64,000 bases of DNA from an uncultured Pseudomonadota bacterium (GCA_963836235.1 CAWIIP010000002.1:1152001-1216000), one strand, 5' to 3'. Positions 1 through 10,521 are shown, numbered from the stretch's first letter. Notes: generated by a model not told the origin, from the sequence alone. Program-made: numbers and translations.

Positions 1-558
1 GTCCACCGCTATTCCTTTGGGATTCGTAAAGGTAACGGTATTGAGTTGGCCGATAAAGTTGCCTAACCCGTCATATTCAAAAACACCCGCTGCCGCGCTT
101 CCCAACACGTAAAGAATGGTCCCAGTCGAATTCACCGCTAAACACTGGGGAGAAGAAAAGCCAATAATCCCTTTTCCTTTGCCGCCGTTCCCCCATGAAG
201 TTACCAGGGTTCCGTTAGAGTTGAATTTCTTGACTTGATTATGGCCGGTATCGGAGACGTAAACAGAACCACTACCATCCACCGCTATTCCCGATGGGGT
301 ACTCAAACCCGTCCAAGGGGCAACCGTCACATAAGGCGTGGGTGTGGCCGTAACAGTGCTCGTCGCCGTGTTCGTAAATGTGGGCGTGAAAGTAAAAGTC
401 GGGGTGAAGGTGAGGGTTGGGTTAATGGCCGAAATGCCAACCACCGGTGTTTGAAAATTATCGGGGGAAGACGGGGTTTTCGTTGAGCAGGACAGGCTGA
501 GGCAAAAGGCCCCAAAGCCCAATGTGAAAAGAGGTAATAAAAACAAAAACTTTTTCAT
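1..558 (-). CDS. NHL-repeat secreted/lipoprotein with Thr-Pro-rich linker (runs off window start)
   Basis: Manual translation from ATG 558: MKKFLFLLPLFTLGFGAFCLSLSC...PTLTFTPTFTFTPT...GLSTPSGIAVDGSGSVYVSDTGHNQVKKF, an NHL repeat signature. Not in the ORF track because it is truncated. Confidence 0.8.
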   Translation of the reverse strand, partial: MKKFLFLLPLFTLGFGAFCLSLSCSTKTPSSPDNFQTPVVGISAINPTLTFTPTFTFTPTFTNTATSTVTATPTPYVTVAPWTGLSTPSGIAVDGSGSVYVSDTGHNQVKKFNSNGTLVTSWGNGGKGKGIIGFSSPQCLAVNSTGTILYVLGSAAAGVFEYDGLGNFIGQLNTVTFTNPKGIAVD

Positions 559-598
559 TCAGCCCTTCCTCGAAAAATGCCCTCAGGGGCTCGGATAA

Positions 599-1360
599 TC
601 ACTCAAAACCTAAAGTTGTCCCGATTTCAAAAATCAACCCGCTTCCCTCATCACTGGTAGGCGCCCCATTTCCAAATTGGGCCAATTGGTTATATTCGGG
701 CTGCGAACCCTTAAACTCATCAAAACTGGCCCACCTTTGGTAAGCCCCACCCACAAAAGATAGGTTAGGCGTCAAATAATATTCCGCCCCTATTCCGAGG
801 TTAAAGCCTAGGCCCGCTAAGGTTAAAGAACTGACATTCCCATATCCGTCAATGGCCGCGTTATTAATCATAATCCAGGGGAAGCTAACGCCAAAATTAA
901 GGAAAGGTTGAAGTTGCTGTTCGGTGAAAAAATATCTTTTAAAATTAACGTTCACCGAACTATAAGTGGCGGTGCCTTGATATGGCTGGGTTAGATCGAG
1001 GGAACCGCCCGAGGAGGAAGTAAGCGTTCCAGGCCCAAAAGTGGCATTGTGATTGGATTGCCAAAAGCTGAGTTCCCCCGCCCAAGCCTCTTCCCGGTGG
1101 CCAATAAGCACTCCAAACCCAAAATTCTGCGAGAGCGCCGGAATCAGGTCCACCTCATAAGCTGGCGCATCAACCCGGGAATAATTTAATCCGCTGAATT
1201 CCCCGCTGGTATTAACACTCACGGAAGTAACTACAACGCCGATATAAGTCCGGGTATGAAGGTAGTCACTGGGGCTGTCCGCGAAGACCTTTGCCGTGAA
1301 TGAAAAAGCCAGCGATAGAATCGCCAACGAGAGAATCCATGTTTTTCGGACAAGCTTCAT
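599..1360 (-). CDS. Outer-membrane beta-barrel protein
   Basis: Signal peptide, alternating beta-strand pattern (GLGFNLGIGAEYYL), C-terminal ...LGFE. Confidence 0.7.
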   Translation of the reverse strand: MKLVRKTWILSLAILSLAFSFTAKVFADSPSDYLHTRTYIGVVVTSVSVNTSGEFSGLNYSRVDAPAYEVDLIPALSQNFGFGVLIGHREEAWAGELSFWQSNHNATFGPGTLTSSSGGSLDLTQPYQGTATYSSVNVNFKRYFFTEQQLQPFLNFGVSFPWIMINNAAIDGYGNVSSLTLAGLGFNLGIGAEYYLTPNLSFVGGAYQRWASFDEFKGSQPEYNQLAQFGNGAPTSDEGSGLIFEIGTTLGFE

Positions 1361-1506
1361 TTAGTCTTCAGACCTCGTTTGCGGTTAGCTGGGCTTTCTT
1401 TGGACGAAACATCCGCCTGATTTGATACGAAGAAAGGCCGGGTTTGACAAGGGCGACATTTTAGCCGATTTATCCGACAGAAAAAGCATTTTCTTAGGGT
1501 TCTCGT

Positions 1507-2220
1507 TTAGGCTTGGAGCTTTTTTCGAGAGCCCCACCAAGCCATTAAAGCGCAAAAACCGCTTAAGGCCAAAAAAGGCCAAAAAGAAAAGGTCCGACTG
1601 CCCAGGGAAAACTTGATATAGAGATAAGGTACCCAAATCGTAATTGCCAAGAAATAAAACTTGGCCGATGCGTTAGCCGCTGGAAGCGAGGGCGGCATTT
1701 CAGGCTTCACCTCCGATTCAAATACTGGTTTTGATGACAATCCTTCCATTTTTAAGTGTCGTACTTCATCATTGATTTTATGAATGGCTTTAACATTCTC
1801 GACAACCACCCCATAAGAAATGGCGAGAGAATAAATATTGATCCCCAAAGCAGCCCAAACCAAAACTTGGTGGACCCAAACCGGAACCGCCCCTACCGAT
1901 ACTCCCCCACCCACTATTGCCGCCACCACTGAAACCAATAAAGCCAGCATCAGCATGGGATAACACCGGTTTTTATAATCCTTGGTCTTTTGGATCCAAT
2001 CAGGATTAAGGCCGTTATCCTTAACGACCTTCTTGATTGATTTCCCGCTATTGATGAAAAAACCAAAGACAAGGCATTGCAGGAAAATAATCAAGAGGGC
2101 CGTGAAACATCCCCAAAGCATGTGTAGCCCGACAGGCAATAGATGAAGATAGGCCATGGCCAGGGTGGCCAAATAAAAAAGAACAATGGTGATACTGACG
2201 CTGGCGAAAACAGTGGGCAT
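1507..2220 (-). CDS. Hypothetical multi-pass membrane protein
   Basis: 237 aa ORF with about 6 hydrophobic segments; co-oriented with ald. Confidence 0.7.
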   Translation of the reverse strand: MPTVFASVSITIVLFYLATLAMAYLHLLPVGLHMLWGCFTALLIIFLQCLVFGFFINSGKSIKKVVKDNGLNPDWIQKTKDYKNRCYPMLMLALLVSVVAAIVGGGVSVGAVPVWVHQVLVWAALGINIYSLAISYGVVVENVKAIHKINDEVRHLKMEGLSSKPVFESEVKPEMPPSLPAANASAKFYFLAITIWVPYLYIKFSLGSRTFSFWPFLALSGFCALMAWWGSRKKLQA

Positions 2221-2241
2221 GAGAAAATCCTTGGGTTGCGG

Positions 2242-3342
2242 TTATTTTTTAAACGCGGCTTTCACGGCTGGATGCACGATTTTTCCACGATCAATGTTGA
2301 GGCCATGCTGTATGGCGGGATTATTTTTGACGGCTCGTTGATAACCCCGTCCGGCGATTTCCAAAACAAAAGGTAGGGTTGAATTAGTGAGCGCATAAGT
2401 CGAGGTCATCCCTACCGCGCCGGGAATGTTGGTGACACAATAATGAACAACTCCATGTTTCGTATAAACAGGATGGCTATGCGTCGTTGGCTTTGCCGTT
2501 TCCACGCAACCACCCTGGTCGATGGCCACATCCACGATCACTGAACCCGGTTTCATCCCTCTCACCATTTCCTCCGTTACCAACCGGGGTGCTTTAGCCC
2601 CCTCAATGTAAATCGCCCCGATGAGGAGATCCGCGTCTTTGACTTCTTCCCGGATCACACGGCGGTTAGAAACAAGGGTAATCACGTTTTTGGGAAGGAT
2701 GTCCTCTAAATGCCTTAAGCGGCTGGGATTGATGTCCAATATGGTTACTCTCGCCCCTAGCCCTGCCGCGGTCTTGGCGGCGTTGGCTCCTACCACTCCA
2801 CCTCCGAGGACGACAACCTTGGCTGGCCTGACACCCGCGACCCCGCCTAATAAAATGCCCTTGCCGCCCATGGAGCGTTCCAGGTACTTTGCCCCTTCCT
2901 GGATAGCCATCTTGCCCGCGACTTCGCTCATGGGCGTCAACAAAGGATGTTCACCCGAAGCTAACCGGATCGTCTCGTAAGCGATCGCCACGGATTTGGT
3001 TTTAAGGATGGCCTTTGTCAGTGGCTGGGAAGCGGCAAAATGAAAATAGCAGAAAAGTATTTGGCCGGGGCGAATCAAGGGATATTCGGCGCTTTGGGGT
3101 TCTTTGACTTTAAGGATCATCTGCGCCCGGCGGAACAGTTCTTCTTTACGGACCGATGTTTCGGCTCCCGCGTCCTTGAATTCCACGTCGGAAATGCCGC
3201 TGCCTTGCCCGGCGCCTTTTTCAATAAGGACATGATGCCCCGCCGCCGTTAATTCTTCCACGCCGCCCGGAACAACCCCAACCCGATATTCGTTATCTTT
3301 GATTTCTTTTGGTACGCCGATAATCAACGAAAGTCTCCTCAA
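2242..3342 (-). CDS. ald: Alanine dehydrogenase
   Basis: IGVPKEIKDNEYRV N-terminus, PLLTPMSEVAG, GGGVVG Rossmann motif, DVAIDQGGC, HYCVTNIPGAV. Confidence 0.95.
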   Translation of the reverse strand: MRRLSLIIGVPKEIKDNEYRVGVVPGGVEELTAAGHHVLIEKGAGQGSGISDVEFKDAGAETSVRKEELFRRAQMILKVKEPQSAEYPLIRPGQILFCYFHFAASQPLTKAILKTKSVAIAYETIRLASGEHPLLTPMSEVAGKMAIQEGAKYLERSMGGKGILLGGVAGVRPAKVVVLGGGVVGANAAKTAAGLGARVTILDINPSRLRHLEDILPKNVITLVSNRRVIREEVKDADLLIGAIYIEGAKAPRLVTEEMVRGMKPGSVIVDVAIDQGGCVETAKPTTHSHPVYTKHGVVHYCVTNIPGAVGMTSTYALTNSTLPFVLEIAGRGYQRAVKNNPAIQHGLNIDRGKIVHPAVKAAFKK

Positions 3343-3445
3343 CGGGGTTGAACGAATCGGCAGAAAAATCCTGGTTTTTCGATTTGACGATTCTTTTAGA
3401 TAGGAAAAAGTTGGTTTAAGACTTTTTCAACAACCTGTTAAAAAC

Positions 3446-3471
3446 AAAGGCGGCCCGAAGGCCGCCTTTTT
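3446..3471. terminator. Rho-independent terminator (possibly bidirectional)
   Basis: AAAGGCGGCC-CGAA-GGCCGCCTTTTT downstream of the carbonic anhydrase gene. Confidence 0.75.
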
Positions 3472-3510
3472 CTAGCTTCAAACCCATTTCAATCAAATCC
3501 GAAATTTCGG

Positions 3511-4290
3511 TTACTGCTTGATCCACTCCACCACGCCGGTGTCCTTGTGATAAATGCAGCCCACAATCTTGAGCACATCTGATTCTTCCAGGTGCCACAG
3601 GATCGTGCTTTGTTCCCGGATATCATGCATGGTATTCAATACATTATTCTTTACGACCGCGTCCACCAGGTCCTGCCCCTCCAACCGCTTGCCGGTCTGG
3701 GCTTCGGTTTGGCTTTGCGTCTCTTCCATCTCGGCCACTCCGGGTTCCAATCGCTTATAGAGGGCCTGTTGGTTGAGAGACCGCCATTCCAACCGGGGAT
3801 GTTCGTACTCCGCGATCGCCTCCCTGAGGGCCGTGCAATCCGTGTGTCCCATCACCACCAGCACCCGACAGTTAAGCTGTTCGGCGCCATACTCAAGACT
3901 GCCCAACAGGACTTTATCGACTATATTGCCCCAAGCCCGGTTCGTGTAAAGTTCCCCCGGTTTAGTGTTGAATACGGCTTCCGGCGGGACATGGGCATCC
4001 GCGCAGCTAACAACCATAATGCGGGGAACATTTCCATGCGTCATGTGGCTCACGTGCCGTTTGTTTCCAGCAATGAGCATCTTCATCGCGTCATCCTGCT
4101 CTTTTTTTATTTCCTTTTGCGCTTGAGTGACTTTCAAATTATCGTCGGTCAGCAAGCCCCCATTCCTTTCTTCGGCCAAAAGAGGCATGGCAAATAAAAT
4201 TAACGCCGAAAAAATCCATTTCGGGTTCAGGATGCGCATCGTGACCTCCCAACGGGAATATAAAACATTATGCGGTTCTTTCTTCTTCAA
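3511..4290 (-). CDS. Beta-class carbonic anhydrase, probably exported
   Basis: CAD, GN, GSLEYG and GHTDC zinc-ligand motifs; signal-like segment from the Met near 4239. Confidence 0.8.
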   Translation of the reverse strand: MKKKEPHNVLYSRWEVTMRILNPKWIFSALILFAMPLLAEERNGGLLTDDNLKVTQAQKEIKKEQDDAMKMLIAGNKRHVSHMTHGNVPRIMVVSCADAHVPPEAVFNTKPGELYTNRAWGNIVDKVLLGSLEYGAEQLNCRVLVVMGHTDCTALREAIAEYEHPRLEWRSLNQQALYKRLEPGVAEMEETQSQTEAQTGKRLEGQDLVDAVVKNNVLNTMHDIREQSTILWHLEESDVLKIVGCIYHKDTGVVEWIKQ

Positions 4291-4501
4291 GCCTTCGGCC
4301 CCTGAAATGAAAGCCGCATAACTCTCACCACCTTGATCGGGATTTATCCGATGCTTTTAGGAAATGAGAGTAAAAGTATATTCCTTCTTTAAGTCCGGGG
4401 ACAACCTTTTAAAAGGGGATTGGGTCTTCTATTAAATTCCATTCTCTTTGGATATACTTGCGAAATATTCCAAAGTTTCTCATGAAACGAAGGAGAGCGA
4501 G

Positions 4502-4802
4502 CATGGCCATGATGGAAATCAGCGTTATCCCCTTGGGAACCGGCAAGGTTTCGGTCAGCCCTTATGTGGCCGAAATCTTCAAATACCTTCAAAAACAAAA
4601 AGGCGTCCATTTTGAGTTGAATGGTATGGGAACCACGGTTACGGGTAAGACGGAGAAGCTTTTAAAACTAGCGGCAGCCATGCACAAGATCCCTCTTTCC
4701 AAGGGCGCCAAACGCGTTTACACCGTCATTAAGTTGGACGAACGCAAGGATAAGGACCAACGCCCCATCGATAAAGTGGACTCGGTCCTCAAGAAGCTCT
4801 AA
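4502..4802 (+). CDS. MTH1187/YkoF-family thiamine-binding protein
   Basis: MEISVIPLGT...SVSPYVA...FELNGMGT...IKLDERKDK; RBS AAGGAG upstream. Confidence 0.85.
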
Positions 4803-4890
4803 AATCTCGCACCGCTGAGCTGAAAATTTCAGTCTTTTAAGTTTTTCTTTGCTTCCTTGTCTCTGTCGTTAATTTTTATTGAGGTATTCC

Positions 4891-6171
4891 ATGCTTGATC
4901 CGAAATACGTCCGTGAACATGAAGCCGACGTCCGCAAAGCTTTGGAGAACTGCAAATCCAAGGTGGACCTTTCCCTCTACTTGGACCTGGAGCGCCGCCA
5001 CCGCGACCTGACCATTTCCGTCGACAAACGCAAAGCCCGTTTAAACCAAGCCTCCGAAGAAATGGCGAGGATGAAAAAAGAGGGGAAGGACATTACTCCC
5101 TACCAGTCTAAACTCAAGGAACTCTCGGACGAGATCAAGCAAATGGATGGCGAAATCACGTCTGTCGAGAAAGACTTTCGCGAAATTGAACTCCAGGTTT
5201 GCAACCTTCCCCATGAGAGCGTGCCAGTGGGCGGCGAGGAAGCCAATCAAGAAATCCGTCGGGTAGGCGAGCCCCGCAAGATCGACTTCAAACCCAAGTC
5301 CCACGACGAGTTGGGCGTTTCCCTGGGAATTTTGGATTTCGAGAAAGCCGCCAAGGTATCCGGCGCGAGGTTTTTCAGCCTTTGGGGGATGGGCGCCAAA
5401 CTGGAACGGGCGTTGGTCAATTTCATGCTGGACCTTCACACGGCCAAGGGCTACCAGGAAATGGTAGTTCCCCACTTGGTCAATTACCAGTCCATGGAGA
5501 TGTCCGGCCAGTTTCCCAAGTTCATTGAGCAGGCCTTTGCTATTGAGAAAGATAGTTTTTATTTAATCCCAACAGCTGAAGTCTCGCTGGCGAACCTCCA
5601 TCGGGCAGAAACTTTCGCGACGGGTTCTCTTCCGAAAAAATACATGGCCTTCACCCCCTGCTACCGCCGGGAAGCCGGAAGCTATGGCAAGGACACCAAG
5701 GGCCTTATCCGCCTTCACCAGTTCAATAAGGTGGAGCTGTTCCAATTCGTGGAGCCGGACAAGAGCATGGAAGCGCTGGAAGTATTGGTCGCCGACGCCG
5801 AGGATGTTTTGAAAAAACTGGGGCTTCCTTACCGGGTCGTCGTGCTGGCTACCGGTGACAAGAGCTTCAGCTCGGTCAAGACCTACGATCTGGAAGTATG
5901 GCTGCCCAGCCAGGGCACTTTCCGTGAAATCTCCAGTTGCTCGAACTGCACCGATTTCCAGGCCCGCCGGGGCGGCATCAAGGTCAAGAAAGAGGGCGGT
6001 GGTAAGCCCGAACTGGTCCACACCCTGAATGGATCGGGCCTTGCCGTGGGCCGCACCTGGTTGGCCATCCTGGAAAATTACCAGCAAGCCGACGGGTCCG
6101 TGGTTATTCCCGAGGCTTTGCGCCCTTATATGGGCGGTTTGGATGTCATGAAGCCTTCCAAACAAGCCTAA
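4891..6171 (+). CDS. serS: Serine--tRNA ligase
   Basis: MLDPKYVRE, YLIPTAEV, CYRREAGSYGKDTKGLIRLHQFNKVE, EISSCSNC, HTLNGSGLAVGR. Confidence 0.98.
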   Translation: MLDPKYVREHEADVRKALENCKSKVDLSLYLDLERRHRDLTISVDKRKARLNQASEEMARMKKEGKDITPYQSKLKELSDEIKQMDGEITSVEKDFREIELQVCNLPHESVPVGGEEANQEIRRVGEPRKIDFKPKSHDELGVSLGILDFEKAAKVSGARFFSLWGMGAKLERALVNFMLDLHTAKGYQEMVVPHLVNYQSMEMSGQFPKFIEQAFAIEKDSFYLIPTAEVSLANLHRAETFATGSLPKKYMAFTPCYRREAGSYGKDTKGLIRLHQFNKVELFQFVEPDKSMEALEVLVADAEDVLKKLGLPYRVVVLATGDKSFSSVKTYDLEVWLPSQGTFREISSCSNCTDFQARRGGIKVKKEGGGKPELVHTLNGSGLAVGRTWLAILENYQQADGSVVIPEALRPYMGGLDVMKPSKQA

Positions 6172-6251
6172 ATCGCCGATTCCTTCCTATAACTTTTTCC
6201 AAAGCCTCTGGTACAATAATCGGCGATTAATACATCACCGGAGGAAACTTC

Positions 6252-6443
6252 GTGGCCGAAAAAATCATCAAATCCCAAACCGTTGAACCCAAAATGAGCA
6301 AAGAAGGCAAAATCACCTTGGGCGTCGGTGTCGGCGTTCTGGTGGCGGGTTATATGTTTTTGGCCACGGGATCCATGACTCTTGCCCCCTTATTAATTAT
6401 TGGTGGGCTGGTCACCGTTGGCGTGGGCATTTACAACCTCTAA
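6252..6443 (+). CDS. Small two-TM membrane protein
   Basis: GGAGG RBS, GTG start, two hydrophobic helices. Confidence 0.65.
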   Translation: MAEKIIKSQTVEPKMSKEGKITLGVGVGVLVAGYMFLATGSMTLAPLLIIGGLVTVGVGIYNL

Positions 6444-6456
6444 ACCCTAGGACTTC

Positions 6457-6981
6457 ATGCAACCCCAGTTGCCCCAACTCATCCCCAGCGAAATTTGCCT
6501 CGAATGCCCGGTGTGCTGCCGCTTTCCCGAAAAGCAGGCGGCCCTTTCCCCTTTCTTTTTTCCGGAGGAAAGAAGCCAGGCCGAATTCATCAAATCAAGA
6601 GGTTCATTTAGGGAGGCGGCCCAGGGCCAAGCCTCCAAGGCCGAACTCGTGAAGTGCGGGCATGGGTTCGCCTGTTCGTTTTTCAATCCTGAGGATCACA
6701 CGTGCCAGGTTTATGAGGCCCGTCCCCTGGATTGTTCGATGTACCCCGCGGTGATCATGCGCAGTGAGGATCACCGAAAAGTGCTGGTGGGGGCGGATAC
6801 GAAGTGTCCGGCCCTGAAGCGGCCTTTGGTGGCCGCGAAGTTGAAGAATTATTTAGATTCGATTCAGCGATACTTGGAAAGCACAACCCTGTCGTCCCTC
6901 ATTCGAAAATATCCTCAATTTATTAGCGAATTTCAGGAAGAGGTTGTGGAGGTGCGAGAGCTGTCGCTGGGAAAGGTTTAG
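6457..6981 (+). CDS. YkgJ-family cysteine-cluster protein
   Basis: CxxCxxCC ... C.FF ... CxVYEARPLDCSMYP. Confidence 0.85.
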   Translation: MQPQLPQLIPSEICLECPVCCRFPEKQAALSPFFFPEERSQAEFIKSRGSFREAAQGQASKAELVKCGHGFACSFFNPEDHTCQVYEARPLDCSMYPAVIMRSEDHRKVLVGADTKCPALKRPLVAAKLKNYLDSIQRYLESTTLSSLIRKYPQFISEFQEEVVEVRELSLGKV

Positions 6982-6985
6982 GTTT

Positions 6986-7738
6986 ATGGTCGCCACTTTA
7001 CAAAAGCTGCAACCCCCACGGGCGATGCGGTGGGTGACTCGTTGGAAATGGATTACGATTGTTTTGGTGGCTGTGGCCGTTGGCATTGCCATTCATTTTG
7101 AGCATTGGGCTTTGCGTTTTGTCTTAGTACCGATCCTCTTAGGGGTAGGTTACTGGGCTTTCACCGTTTACCGGCATCGCGGACGCATCGTGGGCGAGGG
7201 TTCCCAGGGCGAGGCTATGGTGGCCAAGGTCTTGGACGAAATGCCGATGGACGCGCGGGTTCTGCATTCCGTCCAGTTTGAATCCGGCGACAAGCCGAGG
7301 GAACTGGATCACTTGCTGATCACCCACAACACCATGTTCGTGATTGAAACTAAGTATTTGCGGGGCCGGATCGCGGGTGAGGCTTTGGACCGGGAATGGA
7401 CCCTGCACAAGCGGGCCCATAAGACCCGTTCCCGCTACAAACGGGGCTTTTACAACCCGCTCAAACAGGTGGCCACGCAGATTTACCATTTGCGCAGCCA
7501 TTTGGAATCCAACCTGTCCCCCCGTTGGGCCCAGGAATGTTCCCAAATTTGGATTCAAGGCGTGGTGGTTTTCGCCCATCCCCAGGGGGACGCCTCCGCC
7601 GTCATCAGCCATGAGCGCGGCGTCGTGGACTTGAACAGCCTTCCGCAGTACCTGGCCAATTACCGGCCGCCTTCACGGGCGCACCGGTTAAGCTACGGCC
7701 TGCGCCGCGAGATCGCGCGGGTCTTGACGGGACAATAA
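6986..7738 (+). CDS. Membrane-anchored NERD (nuclease-related) domain protein
   Basis: Two N-terminal TMs, GxxGE, ELDHLLI, FVIETK, NPLKQ. Confidence 0.85.
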   Translation: MVATLQKLQPPRAMRWVTRWKWITIVLVAVAVGIAIHFEHWALRFVLVPILLGVGYWAFTVYRHRGRIVGEGSQGEAMVAKVLDEMPMDARVLHSVQFESGDKPRELDHLLITHNTMFVIETKYLRGRIAGEALDREWTLHKRAHKTRSRYKRGFYNPLKQVATQIYHLRSHLESNLSPRWAQECSQIWIQGVVVFAHPQGDASAVISHERGVVDLNSLPQYLANYRPPSRAHRLSYGLRREIARVLTGQ

Positions 7739-7796
7739 CCAAAGATGTTCCCCGGGCGTTTCACGACTCCCGGGGTTTTATTTTCCGGATAATCCC

Positions 7797-8714
7797 TTGC
7801 CCCTTATCGAGCTTCCAAACGCGAATTTTTTTGACTCGGTGGAACCGCTGGACTCCTGCCGGGAACAGGCATCCGCCCTATTTTCCCCGGCTCCCGCTCT
7901 TTCTTCTTCCCTGCCTTCATTTCTCATGTGGCAGGATGAGTTCGCTTATGCCTTGGCCTCCAAAGAGGGCGTTTATTTCATTGTCGCCTCTTACGATAAA
8001 TACGTTTACTTGCCCGTACCACCTAACCCCTTTACGGCTGAAAATCTCAAAACCGCTTTTGATTACATGGAAAAGGTAAATGGCCCAGGCCCGGGTATTT
8101 CCCGCGTCGAGGGTTTAACCGAAGAACAAAAAAAACAAGCTGAAGAATGGCGCTTCCCCACCAGGCCCACCCTGGTGGAATATCTTTATGACCGTGGTCA
8201 ATTGGCCGGTCTTCATGGCGACGCTTACCGCGCCAAACGGGCTGAGATGAATCATTTATTAAAAGAACAATCCGTTGTCCTCAGGCCTTACCGCAGGGGC
8301 GATTTCAAGGCTTGTGGTGACTTGTTTGAGAACTGGAAAAATCAACGTCTCCCCGTCCTCAAGGGAAAGATGGGTGAAAAGATGCTCCTGTCTTCCCAAA
8401 AGGCGCATTTCCGTGCCTTGCATGAGGGTGATGATTGGGGCATGGATGCCTGGGTGGTCATCCTGGGAAACCGCCTGGCCGCCTACTCCGTGGGGGCTTC
8501 CTTGGATCCCGGCACTTATGGAATCTATATGGAGGTAACAGACTTGACGGTCAAAGGCTTGTCCGCTTATATATTCACCAACATCTGCCGCCAAGTGGAA
8601 TCCTACACTTGGATCAATAGCGGAGACGCTGAAGGGCTTCCCCGGTTGGCCGAATCCAAGCAGCACTGGCATCCAGCCCGGAAAATCCAGCTTTTCGCAA
8701 TTGACCCGAAATAA
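7797..8714 (+). CDS. DUF2156 / phosphatidylglycerol lysyltransferase C-terminal-like GNAT-fold protein
   Basis: EYLY..L..L.G..Y.AKR..NH and WINSGDAEGLPRLAESK..W.P motifs. Confidence 0.75.
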   Translation: MPLIELPNANFFDSVEPLDSCREQASALFSPAPALSSSLPSFLMWQDEFAYALASKEGVYFIVASYDKYVYLPVPPNPFTAENLKTAFDYMEKVNGPGPGISRVEGLTEEQKKQAEEWRFPTRPTLVEYLYDRGQLAGLHGDAYRAKRAEMNHLLKEQSVVLRPYRRGDFKACGDLFENWKNQRLPVLKGKMGEKMLLSSQKAHFRALHEGDDWGMDAWVVILGNRLAAYSVGASLDPGTYGIYMEVTDLTVKGLSAYIFTNICRQVESYTWINSGDAEGLPRLAESKQHWHPARKIQLFAIDPK

Positions 8715-8729
8715 TAAAGAAGGAGCCCC

Positions 8730-9272
8730 ATGGCTTCACGAATGAACATCAAATTCAAGAAAGACCATTTCCACCGCCTAAAGAACCGGAAGACTCCCGC
8801 TTCCCACCAAAAAAAAGCCGCCGCCAAATCTTCCCACCGGGCCCGCGTGGATTGGCATCAGTATTTCATGAATATCGCCACGGAAGTGGCCAGTCGCTCC
8901 ACCTGTGACCGTAAGCATGTGGGGGCTGTCATCGTGCGGGACAAGACTATTCTCTCCACCGGCTATAACGGAAGCGTTCGGGGCCTTCCCCATTGCGACG
9001 ATCAGGGACACATGATGGAGGATGGCCATTGCGTCGCCACCATCCATGCCGAGGCCAACGCTATCATCCAGGCCGCCAAGAACGGAGTTCGGGTGGATGG
9101 CGCCGATATTTACATCACCGCGTCGCCTTGCTGGAACTGTTTTAAGATCGTGGCTAACGCGGGAATTAAGAACATCTACTATGGGGAATTCTACCGGGAC
9201 GACCGCATCTTCGACGCGGCCAAACAGTTGAAAATGCTGGTCAGCCAGATCAAGATTTCTAAAACCCGCTAA
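8730..9272 (+). CDS. dCMP/deoxycytidylate deaminase (ComEB-like)
   Basis: RSTCDRKHVGAVIV, TGYNG, HAEANA, SPCWNC. Confidence 0.9.
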   Translation: MASRMNIKFKKDHFHRLKNRKTPASHQKKAAAKSSHRARVDWHQYFMNIATEVASRSTCDRKHVGAVIVRDKTILSTGYNGSVRGLPHCDDQGHMMEDGHCVATIHAEANAIIQAAKNGVRVDGADIYITASPCWNCFKIVANAGIKNIYYGEFYRDDRIFDAAKQLKMLVSQIKISKTR

Positions 9273-9276
9273 ATCT

Positions 9277-9738
9277 TCAGCCCGCAACCTTTTCGAGCGC
9301 CTGCCGCGCGTAAAATTTCAGCGGCTTCAACAAGCCCCACTTTGAGTCTTCCAAATCCTTTTCACCGAGCCATTGAATATCTTTGTGTTCCTCGATGTTC
9401 AATTTCACCTCGCCGGACTTCACCCGGGCGAAATAAACCATCCCGATATGCCAGTGCGGTTCTTTAATGAGGTGGATATCCAAGTATTGGGTATTCAGGA
9501 GGGGAATGAACCCCGCTTCCTTTTCCAACGGCGGACGCTCCCCGACCAATTCCACTTCCAAGCCGCTTTCCTCCCACGCCTCCCGGATCGCCGCGTCTTC
9601 CGGGTTTTCATCCAGCTCAATATGCCCCCCGATGGGAAGCCATCGGTTTAATTGTTTATGGAAAATGAAGAGGACTTTCCTGTCCTTGACGATAAAGATG
9701 GAAACGGTGAAATCAATTTTTTCGTGGAGATGGGGCAT
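9277..9738 (-). CDS. NUDIX hydrolase
   Basis: Nudix box GGHIELDENPEDAAIREAWEESGL. Confidence 0.92.
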   Translation of the reverse strand: MPHLHEKIDFTVSIFIVKDRKVLFIFHKQLNRWLPIGGHIELDENPEDAAIREAWEESGLEVELVGERPPLEKEAGFIPLLNTQYLDIHLIKEPHWHIGMVYFARVKSGEVKLNIEEHKDIQWLGEKDLEDSKWGLLKPLKFYARQALEKVAG

Positions 9739-9813
9739 GGGGGAATCATAACATCCGGCTCAAAAATTAATAGGGTGGGTTTTCCCCGCCTTTTTTTATT
9801 CAAAAACTTAGTT

Positions 9814-10230
9814 TTAGGGCTTGGTTCTCTTTTTCGTAATTTTTTTCGCCAGATGTTTTTTAATGGGATTCCAATAACTCTCATGCCACCCTTTGTTGAA
9901 ATGGGGAGCCTTGTGGTCCGGCACCGCCGTGTGGGTCATGGTCAAGAGGGTCCCACCGGGGGCCTTTTCAAAGGTAAGCACCAAAATCGAATCATGATCC
10001 GAGTTCTTGAATTCGGCCGTTCTCCAGGCTTGGGTGATCATCCGGCCCGGGATAATTGCCAAATTCTTCCCCCGGATATACCCGTCCCAAGCGGTAAAAG
10101 ATCCGCCCACTTTCGAGCTAACGGTGGCTTTCCCTCCCGTGGCTTCCGAGTGTTTTTTGGAATCGAGGAAGAGATTGAACAGCTCTTTCGGAGTGGCCTT
10201 AAATTTGACTTTGTGGATGATGGTTTTCAT
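9814..10230 (-). CDS. SRPBCC/AHSA1-like domain protein
   Basis: GGSFTAWDGYIRG, ITQAWR, TLLTMTH, GWHESYW. Confidence 0.85.
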   Translation of the reverse strand: MKTIIHKVKFKATPKELFNLFLDSKKHSEATGGKATVSSKVGGSFTAWDGYIRGKNLAIIPGRMITQAWRTAEFKNSDHDSILVLTFEKAPGGTLLTMTHTAVPDHKAPHFNKGWHESYWNPIKKHLAKKITKKRTKP

Positions 10231-10314
10231 TTTACCCCCTTAGTTTTGGACATTCTAAAGCCACAGCGGATAAATCCAATGTTAAACCCTCGAAAAGGTC
10301 CGGTGGGATATGGG

Positions 10315-10380
10315 TTGTGCCTTTAATAAATTTGGGTACAATATGGCCCCCTGACTTGGCTGGCGAAAAAAAGGTACAAT
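10315..10380 (+). promoter_or_regulatory. Probable tandem sigma70 promoters of the ancestral tRNA-Ser operon
   Basis: TTGTGC-16bp-TACAAT (10315-10342) and CTGACT-18bp-TACAAT (10351-10380), just upstream of the tRNA 5' fragment. Confidence 0.5.
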
Positions 10381-10413
10381 TGGGCCGGTGGGTTCGATGG
10401 ACTCACCACAAGT

Positions 10414-10454
10414 TGGAGGGTTAGTCCTAATTGGTAAGGCAGTGGACTTGAAAT
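10414..10454 (+). repeat. attL: 41-bp copy of the 5' half of tRNA-Ser(TGA)
   Basis: TGGAGGGTTAGTCCTAATTGGTAAGGCAGTGGACTTGAAAT is identical to 34751-34791 and ends just past the anticodon loop. Confidence 0.95.
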
Positions 10455-10521
10455 TTTTACCGGGACTTTTCCGACATTTCCAAAAAAATTTTTAAAAATC
10501 TCGTTGCTCTCAGCGCATTCT